Below the pieces are notes generated by a model. It was not told the origin of the DNA. It did no database searches and saw only the letters and a list, made by a program, of their open reading frames with translations. The translations under genes were made by a program, and so were the position numbers. 64,000 nucleotides of DNA, taken from positions 15,252,001 to 15,316,000 of the forward strand of contig CDPCPM010000026.1 of NCBI GenBank assembly GCA_976551045.1, written 5' to 3'. The stretch comes from Glaucostegus cemiculus (lineage: Eukaryota). Below, in pieces: positions 13,525 to 25,849 of the stretch. Every line of letters begins with the position of its first letter. The stretch's first letter is position 1.

Positions 13525-14120
13525 TCCTTGTCTGGCAGTGAGAGGAGCCCACTCCATCAGACCCATCATGCACAGCCAGGGCCTCATTCCCCCTGCACAC
13601 TTCACTTAAGATGATCGCCCACCTCCTTACAACTGCATTTGCCAAGAAGGTCTGGAAAAGGATGCAGTAATCCTTCTCAGTTTACCCCACAGCTCTCTGA
13701 TCTACGGGCTGTTCATAGGGACATATACTGAGACAAACATCAACTGCTGCTAGATCACCAGCTTGGTGAAGGACACATTTTGGTCTGCCCAAAACTTGTT
13801 GATCTTCCAGTATAAGATGTCGGCAAGCAAACGCTGCCAACTGGTACGTTCCAAAGTGCAGAAATACTTGACGAAGGACACACCAAAAATAGTTTAGCCA
13901 CCATCTAAGATTCTGGCATTACTGGAATTTGAGGGGCTGGGCCCCATGTTATAGCCTAACAAATGCTTCACAGGTACATTGTTTAAGGAGGAAACATAAG
14001 TGGTGTTGATGCATTGCAAGAGAATGTATTGAATTAATGATACAAAGATTGCAGAGAAAGACATATCCCAAATATATTTACTGTATATATTATGAATGAA
14101 GTACATTTTTTTGAAAAAAA
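13525..14120 (+). mobile_element. L1/Tx1-clade LINE 3' end
   Basis: CLAVRGAHSIRPIMHSQGL...FAKKVWKRMQ...LIYGLFIGTYTETNINCC*ITSLVKDTFWSAQNLLIFQ, then 3'UTR ending tatgaatgaagtacattttttgaaaaaaa. Confidence 0.85.
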
Positions 14121-14729
14121 TTAAGAAGTTACACATCCCAAACCTTTTCTAACCTGCTTCAGCCTGACAGATAAGCCACCGTGGTTTTCATGTTCAGGGC
14201 TGAGCATGATTCTACACTGATCAACATATTTAAAGAATGACCCATTGAATTCAGGCAGTTACTTTTGTTTCCTGCTTAAATGAGCAGCTTAAACATCAAG
14301 ATTGTTGGAAGCCAAGCATGAAGGTGGTAGATAGAGCATACACTCAGGCAAGGTTAATATCCCACCCAGGTGATAAGGATTTGAAGATGCTGCAGTTTTC
14401 TCTGCAGCTAAGTTGAAAGATTCACCATCAGAGCAAATATGTTAGCAACCGAATGCAAATAAGAGCAAATAAAAATATTTTATGTTTACATATTCAACTA
14501 TTAATGTGCAATAACTTGCAATGTGTCATATTTTTATTGATAGATATTTCTCAAAAAAAGGTCACTGTAATGAAGAACTGGGAGACTGGATATTGTGACT
14601 ATAATTAACTTCATAGTGCTAGTCATGGAGTAGATCCCGAACAGATGGAAAAATAGATCAAGCTGCCAAGTTTTGAATTGGCACAATAGGCTGAGTTAAT
14701 GCCTTTGACATAACAAAAGAGCTTGGGCA

Positions 14730-16080
14730 GGTTTGCCTAGAAATTGGGTTTCACCCATTTTTGATGGAGTTAATGGGTAATAAGTTTTACCTTGACATTA
14801 AATCAGAGGTTACCAAACAAAAATGGATACTTTAGTTACTTGTAACTAAAGAAAACTGAGTAATTTTCAGGTTTACTCCCTTTCAGAAATGTTAAAACCC
14901 AATGTGCCTTCACAGACATCAATGGCTTTCTGAGTTCACAGCCTGTTTTGAAAAAGAATGCAAACAGATGGAGCAAGGATGGCAAATAGAGCAGGAGGGG
15001 GAGAGGATGGGGGAAAATCAGGGCACGGGTCGGTAACTGGCACAGCGAAGGTGGGCCACACTGTACCATGGAGTGAGCTAATTGGGTGAGGTGCCACATC
15101 ATAGCAATAGCCCTGAGCTGACTGCTCTATAGTGACCACTGAAGACGCTGGATGATGAGACAGTGGATGGTGGGACTGAGTAACAGTGCACACATGCAAG
15201 CCAATTGTGCAGTGTTCATTGGGTGGGCAGCAGAAGTAGCATCCAAGCCACAAATAAAGGCATCTGTGACCTGAAGAACAGGGGTTCCCTGCAATGCATT
15301 CCAAAAAGAAGGGACAGTTGGGGTGAGGCTTGTTGTGGGTGAGGCTTCTGGGCAGGACTTGCTGTGGGTGAGGCAGCCCTGTCACAGAAGGTCATGAGAG
15401 CAGCACACCATCGTTGAGTCAGTAACCAGTGGATGTTGTATGGAATGGTGTAAATTAACTGAAAGGGGGAAAGGAAAACATAACACAAGATCGACCAATT
15501 ATCTATTTGGGAGGTGAGGCAGAGGAAGGCAGAGGCAGGGATAGCAATTCAAAGGCTCATACAGCCAATTGTGCCTGTAATAGCCCTTTAAAGAGCTCTT
15601 TGAAATTGCAACTGATGTCAGCAAAAGGCATTTCATGCCCAATATCTCATAGATCAGAAGACCTGGTCCCAGCATCACCTGGGTAGACAGCAAGGGGAGA
15701 TAAGTCCTTACCCAAATCTTCCATCACAGTTTCCACAGCACTTCTCCAGGTTATCAAGAGTAAACAACTCCTTAAAACCCCTTTTAAGGAGTTGCAGGTA
15801 CTCTGGGGATCCCTGGCTCCATCCCACAGCCAACTTATGGAAAACTGGCATCCTGTATCACTGTAGACCCACCCTACCTGCCTCTCCCATCACCAATCAA
15901 TTTTCCTCGGATACAAGAAGTCCTGTACAATACAGGACTGTTGCCAATTCTACTGAAGATACTACTGCATGAGTGCTTCAGTTGTGTTCAGCACCTTCAG
16001 CAGTGAGGTTTTTAATGCAGAAAGGAATTGCTAAACTGTATATTTTAACTGTAATTTACGGATAAAATAGTCCAACAACC
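14730..16080 (-). mobile_element. Possible highly degraded Harbinger-type remnant
   Basis: GC-richer island with short reverse-strand echoes of Myb/SANT and transposase motifs (QVTDA); weak. Confidence 0.3.
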
Positions 16081-16404
16081 CCACTGACTCCTGAGAACCT
16101 CTGGCCTATGTCTTCTCAAAGTGGAGTAGAAGCATTGGATCTGAAAACTTCAAACTGTGCAGTGGGAGCTCACAAAAGCCCTGCAGAAGCAGCAGGAGCA
16201 CACAACCTCATAAACTACCCATTCATCTGCCCCATTAGCCACCTCCTGCCCCATCTGTGGAAAAGTCAGGTCCTAATTAGCCATCTAAGAACCCACACAC
16301 CAGAGAGAAAGTTATCCTCAAATCCTGAGACACCACCTAAGAAGAATAACAAAGGTCACAAATTGTAATCTTCCAATCCACCATCTGTCAGTGAGTAATT
16401 AATG

Positions 16405-16507
16405 GGAGCTGTGTATATACTTATGTATGGAATGATCTGTTTGGACGGCCTGCAAACAAAAGCTTTTCACTGCATCTCAGTACATGTGACAGTAATAAAC
16501 CAATTAC
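16405..16507 (+). mobile_element. Rex1/Babar-type LINE 3' tail
   Basis: caaacaaaagcttttcactgcatctcagtacatgtgacagtaataaacc. Confidence 0.65.
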
Positions 16508-16841
16508 TAGCATTGATGATGACATCATATAGGCAAAATATGACAGGAAATAATTGTGTTTTTCATTTTCCCAAATGGCAGAAATTGAAAAGGAAATGGG
16601 AATAAAACATGCACAGAACACTTTTACGCTTGATTTACAAATAAAGAATAGTGCAAACATATCACAATTCACGGCAACTATCTTGAGTCACAGTCACTGT
16701 TGATAGTAATGGTGACACAATATGCACAGCTGGCACAACTTTTGGTCTCATTGGCATGATGAGAACAGGTGGTAGGAGTGACAGATGCCACATGTTCACT
16801 TTCACTGACAGCAGTTGTCTATCAGTATAGCAAGAAAAGTT

Positions 16842-17830
16842 CATAGAATCATAGACATCACAGAATCATTCAGCCCACCTCATCTATGCTGACCCTCATG
16901 CCTCTCTACTTTAATCTTATTTGCCTGCATTAGGCTTATATCCCTCTGTTTCTTTATTATCTAAGTACCCATCTTTTAAATACTGTAATTATATCTGCAC
17001 AATGTCTTCTGACAGCTCTTTCCAGATAACCACCACCCTCTGTGTGAAATAATTACCCCTCATATCTATAAATTTCTCCTCTCTTACCTCAAACCTATAC
17101 TATCGTGTTCTGGACTCCCCTGCCCTGGGAAAAAGACTCTATCCGTGCTATCCATGGATCGCATAATTCTATAAACTTCTCTATGGTCGTCCCTCAGCCT
17201 CCTACTTTCCAGCAAGAATAAATCCAGCCTATCTAATCTCTCCTTATAACTACAGCCCTCCATTCAAGGCAGCATCCTAGTGAATCTCTTCTGTACTCTA
17301 TATATTGCTACCACTTCCTTCCTTGTAGGGTGGCAACCAGAACTGTACACAATAGTCCAAGTGTGATCAAAACAATGTTTTGTGCAGCTGCAACATGACA
17401 TCCCAAATCTTACACTCAATGCCTTGGCCTATGAAGGCAAGCATACCAAATGCCTTCTTCACTAACCTATTTCACCTTGTAGTCACTTTAAGCGAGCTAC
17501 GAGCTTGCACCCTAAGGTCCCTCTGTACATCAATTCTCATAAGGTTCCTGCCATTTACTCAATATTTTACCAGAATTTGACTTCCCAAAGTGTATTACCT
17601 CACACTTGTCTAGATTAAATTCCATCTGCCACCACTCCACCCAACTTTCCCTAACCAATCTCCCTTAGACAACTTCTTCAATATCTATGACACCACCAAT
17701 TTTTATGTCATTTGCAAACTTACTAATCAGACCACCTACATTCTCATCCAAGTCATTTACATTACATATATTACAAATAACAAAGATCTCAGCATTGATC
17801 CTTGTGGTACCCCACTTATTAAAGACTTCC
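16842..17830 (-). mobile_element. CR1 LINE 3' ~1 kb
   Basis: catagaatcataga tail; reverse strand carries HLDYCVQFWLP, KFANDIKIGG and VPQGSML RT motifs. Confidence 0.9.
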
Positions 17831-20383
17831 GGTGGATGCTAAGAAGAACACCTAAGACAGCAATCTCAATAAATCAGTAAATGCATAGGTAATACCATCT
17901 TTGGCTTTATAAGCCACCAGAACTAGAAAATTCCATTAAGCATAGGCAACCAAACCTTTCAGTTTTGTAAGACTATAAAAGAAAGCATTTGTTACTTGTT
18001 AGCCCTCTGTCATTTGTTTCATGATTTCTTTCCACATCTAAAATCATACTCTGATTGCAGGAAATGATCTCATTTTTTTAAAGGTGGATATAAGTTAAAA
18101 TCTATCCAACAGAGGCATCTTAGAATTCTAGGAAAAAGTGTGCATTGGCACAAAAGTTCTGCTGAATTTGCGGTTCATGTTCCTGACTTTCCAATAAGGA
18201 AATGTAGTGACCAATATGCTTGGCCTGGAACATCAACCACCAGAATTAAATACACACACAGTTAATGCCAATAGAAACCCCTGGAGATTAAAAAGACCTG
18301 GTATCTTCCATCTTAAGGTTTCAGGTAAGGCTATTGTCTGTTTGCTCACTGTTCTACATTTTCTTATGAGTCAACTTGCATTCAGTTAATCTAATTTTTC
18401 TTTTACTAATGACATGTAAAGTTGATTAAAACAGATAGGCCACTTAAAATGTCATAAAATTCTCCTGGCTTTTGTTTCACATTCAACAGAATGCTTCTTT
18501 TCATTGCCAAGATGTGTCATTTTAAATTGATTGAATGTTAGCCTTAAAATAATGCTGGCAGGAATCTGGTGTAACAGGCATAAGCATTCATTGAAAAGAT
18601 CCTTTATTGGAAAATTTCCCCTTTGATTTTTACTGGTCATGTTTCTCTTTGAATTGACCTTTTGGTTGAAAGTTGAAAAAGCAGAAGCCTTATCATTATG
18701 CAGACATATTAGAGAGCACAGCTGACCTTGTTGCATATCCTCAGAATGTGGGTATTTGGATCAAAGTGGGCACCCAGACCAGTAACAGAAATGTCCAAAC
18801 CAATGAAGAGACAGTAATTTTCTTGTTGATTTGTATATGCAAATAAAACAGACTGTGAACTATGTAAAGGCAATTTCTCTCATGTCTTCATTTGGCTTTC
18901 CTAATACCATAATGGGATCTATGATAGGCATAGATGCAACTACACTTTTCAGGAACCAGCTGAAAATAATTCCTGAGAACACTCCTGGCTTGGTCTCACA
19001 ATAATAAAGATAGGCATAAAATATGTAACTTGCAACATAAATTCCAAAGGGTGGGAACACCAGAGATCTGGATTACACCACAAATTCTGCTTGTCCCCTT
19101 GTATGTTGGCAAGGCAATCTTACCCTGGGTCCTGATAAGAATTCCTAACCTGAAAATTTTCATCCACAGTAACATTAGAGCCAGGGTAATTGCTATTGTG
19201 CATATTAATCAGATGAGCTGTGAATGTGGCACTATATTGTGACTAGCTGAAGAAGTCAACTTTGGACCTATTTAATTGTGGTTCTGGGTCATTATTACAA
19301 TGTGACTTGCACTGTCTGACAGTGGAAGTGAGTTTGGAGGTGGGGCAGTGATATGTGAAGGGGATCCAGCAGAAGGTGGGTATTTGCATCAAGAAACAGG
19401 ACTTCAGAGCAATATGCAACAAGTTTTCAGAACTTACAAAAGAAACAGGATCAAGTTTGATTGCTAAATTTTGCAATTTACCCACACAATGTTAGAAATT
19501 ATTTTGTATATTCTGATATGTAATTATCTTAACATATATTACTGCCAAAAATACAAAGCAGGCAGATTTATTGCATGTGTATATTTTAAATTGGTTTGGG
19601 GTTTCTTTTCTAGGATCTCCCCTATGATGCCTATATTTGCTTCATGCTGCCACTTACCAACACTGCAAAATATTGATTGTTAACCAAGCTAGATTAATCA
19701 ATGGTGGTAATACAACCCTTCAAATCGGTGCAATTCAGCTTCCTTACCAGAGGAGCCAAAGATCAGGATATAAAGAAAGATCTGCAATGGCTGAGAAGAC
19801 TTTATTTCACAACAGTAGTTTTTAAATCTGTCCCAAACTCCCAGTGCAGCCATTTATGCTATTTCTCTTGAGGTCCTATTGAAGTTATGGGGAGATATTG
19901 TTGCAACACATATGTAAATTCAAGGGCAATATATCTCAAGGTTAAGTATTAATGATTACAGTAAAAGTGAACTAATAACAATCAACAGAAAATAAATAAT
20001 CAGTGCAAGTTAAGCAAGATGACAGGAGGTATATTACTATCAACATTTATCTGCCATCCCATTGATCAATAGAATGATTGGTCTAATGGGAGCTATTAGA
20101 TCTTGAAAGCTCTAAAACAGCAGGATCCCTGGTCTGGAAGCCACAATCTATGTTACACTTCAACTTATATCCTAGTTTCAGAGGTGCTAATGCTCCCACA
20201 GAGATGTAGGTCCTAACTTGTCTCAGAAGCTGTATGCGTCATTTTGATCTCCTTGCTTCTTAATATAGCGATGGTACCGTGAATTGCTGCAAAATGATGA
20301 AATTGTTGTAACGATATGGCTGTTGGATATCAACATGCATGGTTTTAGTTATTGAGCATGCTTATGAAGGCCATCAGTAATAT

Positions 20384-21368
20384 ACTGCACTTTGGCAAAT
20401 ATGGCCATATGACAAAAACAACTTTCATGCTTTGATTTTTTTTTGAATGGGGATCTGGCAGAGACAAACAATGTACATATCATATGGAACATTAACTGCT
20501 GGAACTTTTAAAGAATTATAAATACAAATGTGTTTGGCCTTAACTGTCCTCATCCTCCCTTGTGCAATATCAGTCTGGCTAACCTTACAACTTCTAACCT
20601 CACAACTATCACTACCTGAAAAGCCATGCAATCCAGAGTCATACATTTGACAATATGTAAATCCAACAACTTTGTTCATATTTGTAAAATGATACATTTG
20701 CTAAATTAGCTTGAGATTTTTATAATTCTATGAAATATAATCACTGGTTACAAATGTAGAAATGAAAAGCTGCAGAATTTCCACTGATTTGACTTCAGAT
20801 GGCTATGATGGGCAACATTATGTATGGAGCAAATGTCTACTGTCAGATTGCTGACTTTTGGTAGTGGTTGGAACTGATGTGTGTGGCGTAGAGTGGATGT
20901 CAGAAGTGCATGCAGGCTGTCATTCAAAGAAAGAACATCTGGTGCTTGCCTGTAAAGCCGGTGCAACTCTGTTGGACTGTGCCTCAACATGTCAAATGCC
21001 CTGCATGAGAGCATTGTACAAGCAAGAATAAGACAGTCTGAGCATTGCCCAGATGCTGGTCAAAATATACTCCAACCTCTTTGCAGAGTTCTGATATAAA
21101 TTGAAATTGGACAGCTTTATGCTGTTTGCCATTGTGTGAAGATGTGTTCAAAGCACCTAGAATTTCCTGTTCTATACACATTACGTTCCCTTGGTAAACC
21201 TGGGTCACAGTGTTAGCACTGTGGCAGAGTGCACTGCAGCAGAACACATGTGATTTCACCCTTTGTTGGGCTGAAACATATGGTGTGCTTTGCTTCAGTC
21301 CTAGTTCCTGCCCATTCATACACTGCGCGAGGACTATTGTCATATGGCTGCATTTGCCAAAGTGCAGT
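20384..21368 (-). mobile_element. Non-autonomous DNA transposon with 32-bp TIRs, superfamily unassigned
   Basis: Left ACTGCACTTTGGCAAATATGGCCATATGACAA (20384-20415) matches the reverse complement of 21337-21368 at 29/32; ATAT flanks both ends; interior tiled by three minus-strand ORFs. Confidence 0.8.
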
Positions 21369-21716
21369 ATATTAATTTTACCTGAAGTGATGATTATTTA
21401 ATTGGTTCTTGTTGTTATGCTGCCTTTTCCACCTCAGCAGCATTAAATCAATTCCCCACAGCCCCAATCTCCATATGGCCTTCACCACTGACCTCGAACC
21501 ACAAGATTCATCCTTTTGCTGCGAGTCCTGATCCTGAACTCTGCCCAAACAATCTGATGGTTCCCAATATCCCAACACCTACAATAATCTCCCAGTCTCC
21601 AGCATTCCTGTAACAGTCCAACAAACTCCTGGCCTCCATTTCACTCTACTCCCACAACTGACATCTTATACCCACACCCCACCTCATCCCACATCAAGAT
21701 TCAAACCTCCAATCCA

Positions 21717-21962
21717 TTGTAGATGCCCAGGGACCTGAAGCTGCTCACCCTTTCCTCTACTGACCCCTCAAAGAGGACTGGTGTGTGTTCTACTGACTTC
21801 CCCTTCCTGAAGTCCACAATCAATTCCTTCATCTTGCTAATGCTGAGTGTGAGGTTGTTGTGACATCACTCAACCAACCGATCTATCTCACTCCTGTATG
21901 CCTCCTCGTGCCATTTGAGATTCTGCCAGCAACAGTGGTGTCAATCGACAAATTTATAGATA
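21717..21962 (-). mobile_element. Rex1/Babar LINE RT fragment
   Basis: Reverse strand IYKFVD/DTTVAGRISNG.EEAYRSEIDRLVE*CH...KELIVDFRKG...SSFRSLGIY. Confidence 0.9.
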
Positions 21963-22430
21963 AGTGCAAAGAGCTTATGATAAAGCTTTATAGGTCACTT
22001 TTAGGCCCAGCTGGAGTATTCTGTACACCACTCATCAGGAAAGATACAAGTGGTGGAAAGGGTTTTTCTAGGATATTTCCAAACATTAGATTGGGAATAG
22101 TCAGGCTGTTTTGCTTAAAAAGGTAAAGAAGAGATCAAATGGAGATGTTCAGGGGATGGTAGGTATCCTACTGCAGAGTAGACAAAGTAGACTTATGATT
22201 TTAACTCCATATCCTCTGGTATGTAGGTATCAACCAGAGGATATGGAGTTAAGATTATAAGTAGAAGATCAGGACAGAAGGTGAGTTTATTTTTCCAGAA
22301 AGTTGTTGAGATCTGGAATGCCATTTGAAAAGGTGGTGAAAGCTGATTCCTTAAATTTGATAGGGTGTTAGACAGGTAATTAAGATTAGGGAATTTACAG
22401 AATTATGAACAAACAGCTGGGAATAAGTAC
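21963..22430 (+). mobile_element. Old CR1 3' fragment containing an inverted duplication
   Basis: KCKELMIKLYRSL...LEYSV...TRG.G...gttgttgagatctggaatgc. Confidence 0.75.
22191..22262. repeat. 30-bp inverted repeat, 12-nt loop
   Basis: Arms 22191-22220 and 22233-22262: 28 Watson-Crick plus 2 G-T pairs. Confidence 0.95.
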
Positions 22431-23301
22431 AACTTCTTATTCATAATGTAATAATCAGCTGACTCCATTCAGCTTCACAAGTTCTTTTCACTCTGGTAAC
22501 AGATCAGTCATCAGTTCACAGAATCACAGCAGAGTCTTGAGAGACTGGTCTACTATTTTCCAATGAGCAATATGGTAGCAATCTCAAACTTCAAACAGGA
22601 ATTGTAATACTAGTTCTCTTAGCTTAACTTGCCACATTACCCATCTATGTGAGTACCACATGCTCAGTCTTGCATTTTTATTTTCAAATGGATCAAACAT
22701 CTAGGTCAAAATCATTTGAATTTCATTGGTAGCAGCCTTCACTCATCTTGCTAATTGATGCTTGGTACATGCCTTCTCTGTTCAGTCTTGAGTTGCTCTT
22801 CATAAGTACAAAACGTGAGCTAATCATATTCTAAGTATGACGCAAGTGCACAGTTTTCTTATAAGTTGTACAGTACCGGAAATGAATGGAATGAAATACC
22901 TTTTCAATATGCTGTATCTATAATTATATGTACCAACAGTTTCTCCATTGTATTGGAAGACAGGTATTTTCCTAATAACATGACTGCTATACCACGTAAC
23001 AAGCTGTTATTATTTTGTTCACGTAGAGTTGGGATCACATAAAGGATTAAAATTCTAAATGTGTTCAAATCAAAGTAAATTATTATTTGATCAAAAAACT
23101 TCTAAAACTGGAATGTGCACGACAGCATCAGTGTGGAGGTAAGAAATGCAGACCAGAAGCACCTACTAGATTGTTTAACATCTGCAACAAAGTATGACGT
23201 CCGAAGTATGAGGTGTATCAATTTACTGAGAGCAGATATGCACTATGGATATGCTCACTGTCCATAGATCCCACCTGTCCATAAATGAATGGGCTGGATG
23301 C

Positions 23302-23393
23302 CAGACTTATGTAGATTCTGGATGTGCCGAGTGGCAGATGTGGCAACATCTGTCACTCAGCACGTCCTGAACCTATGGATCCACGTAAGTCTG
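23302..23393. repeat. Palindromic (MITE-like) element
   Basis: Inner 22-bp stem 23320-23341/23346-23367 and outer 17-bp stem 23302-23318/23377-23393; arm substitutions are all transitions. Confidence 0.85.
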
Positions 23394-25849
23394 AGACTTT
23401 ATTTACCTCAAAGCTGCTGAAAGCTCTTGGTTCCTTTTAGGACTACCAGCCACAGCCAGCATGATTCAGCCTTGTCCATTTAATCTTAAGAACATTTGTT
23501 CACATGTAAACTGCAAACATGTTATCTTAAAAATTCTTATCATATAACCAAATCTTCCAGAATGTATTTTCCAGTGGATATATAATTGAAATAATGCAAG
23601 TAATCCTGAGCTGAGCAAAATCTGAGCAACAACATCAAATAACTATAGAGTGCATAACCATGCCCATACCAGCTGGCTCAATGACAAGCCAATTAATTAC
23701 TTATTTAAATGCATGTCTATCACGATTTGTAAGCAGCTAATCAATTATAATTAATCAGTGCTTCGCCAAAATATAATGGTTTTAAATATACTTCCTTCAT
23801 AGATACAGAAATACTCATTTATGTGCTGCATTAAAAACTATTAATTATACAAATATTGTCACAGAAAGCCCTATATATTTTTAATTACATACATTTTATT
23901 CATGGCACCTTTTTCTCAAAACAAACAGCCTTATTTGCAAAGTACAGATAACTTTCTTGTAATTTTTCACCTTCAGTCTCCCATGCCTCGCAGGTGTTAC
24001 TGTACCTGTGATACCAGGCATCCAGTATTTTCTAGCAATAAAACCCTTCTAAGAAACAAATATTCATGGATAAAAATTACAATAGGCTGCCTATTACATG
24101 CAGCTTGTGTTACAATATGGTTAATAATGATCTATGTATTTCAACATGCATTTACACTCTACTCAATGACCAGTACTGTAAAGGTTTCATTTAGGGAGTA
24201 TCATTTACGTTGCCTATCTTGAATTTTAATCTTTCTGTCCAGGGAATGTTCTGTGTACACACAGTTATATGCATGCAAACAGTTTCTCTCACAGTGGTTA
24301 GAAATCAAACATTTAGATAGCAGGTGAAATTAAATTCAGGTAAATTTACTAAATACTTGGGAGATCTAAGGCATCACTATGTATTGTTTAAACCCAGTAT
24401 GACGTTGCATTAGAATTTCATTCCTCGAGGTATTCATCTCAAACTTCCCCAGGGATCCCCATACAGGTTCTCTCTGCCACCTAACCTAGATACTTTCTAC
24501 AACTTTAGTACTGTTGAAAAACCAAAACCATGAACATTATTTCATAAATCCCCACCAAGATTCCGACAATATTGATAAGAACTTTCAGGTATTCACATAA
24601 CATGCACACAGTACCACATGAAGTAAAAATAATTCAGCTTTCATGGAAGTTCTGAAATAACAATAGTGTAAGAATATCAGTCCAGTTAAATTAGCATTTA
24701 CTTGATTTCCTGCTGTTAGTCCTAATTTTCTTTGGATTAATGTATCATATAATTAAAAAAATCTCTACACTTTGTTTAGATCTGTAGATCCTTAAAGTAT
24801 CCACATCTTATCAGATGTTAAATCAGGAAATTAGGAAGTTTTAATCAAACAATTTTACTTTGAATTGATTCAGTGTCAGTTCTTATAAGTTTAACCTTAT
24901 CTATCATTATAAAGCACTACTTATTTTCATAATTTATCTTCGCAAAAGTGTAATCCACACAATAAATTAGTTCCATGTTTTAATTTTTTTAATACAATCA
25001 AAATATTTGTATTTGATTCATTTAAAAAAATGGAGTATATAAGGAGCACTCAGAGTATGAATGAACAAATACAATGCAGACATGATGACAAGTACAATTT
25101 TCTCAAAGAAAAGGTGCACCTATTTTTAAAAGTTATTTTTTTGTGGTATGCCCCCACCATCATTGAAACCTTCTCCTATGACATCCAATTTTTAAAATTT
25201 TCAGAATTATTCCAGTACATCTTCCCAGGTCTTGTTTGACTGCTGACATTGAGTGTTCAGATGACTCGTCATGAAACTTTGTCTAAAATTGCAAGTAACA
25301 ATATGCATATAACATTATCTGAGTAAATATGTAAGTAAATGTGCCTTAACTTGTTTTCTGTCCAATCAATGCATCAAATAAAATCACATTGGTAAATGTC
25401 AAATATGAACTATTTTTTATAGTTCCAATTCTCATGATTGACTATGTTTTTTAAGTGGAATCAGCTTTCTGAAACGCTATTCAAAAGAAAATTTATACAA
25501 TCACAATAAATATCCATAATAAATTTTGCTTGCTGAATGATTGACAATTAGTTTTGGAAAAACAATCTTTTGTTAGAATGGCTCCATGCTTCTCTAGCAA
25601 AACATTTGTGCATCTTTCCATACTCAACAGGAATAAATGAAAAATAGATAACTGCTTACAGTCATTTAAAAAGGAGCAAACCACTTATTTAAGTGTTCTG
25701 ATAAAAAAACGTCAAATATTGTTAAAGGTTGTAAGAGGTGAAATATGATTCAGTTCTCTCAAAGGATTGCAGTGCTCAAAGAAATAGTACCTTGATAAAT
25801 TGATGGGGATAGACTGGATGAAAAATCCAGCTGAGACCCAACCAGTATT

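Noticed and set aside
19614-19676. DLPYDAYICF after an acceptor, reminiscent of a TIR-domain start
   Set aside because: Stops after 20 codons, no donor, no further TIR motifs.
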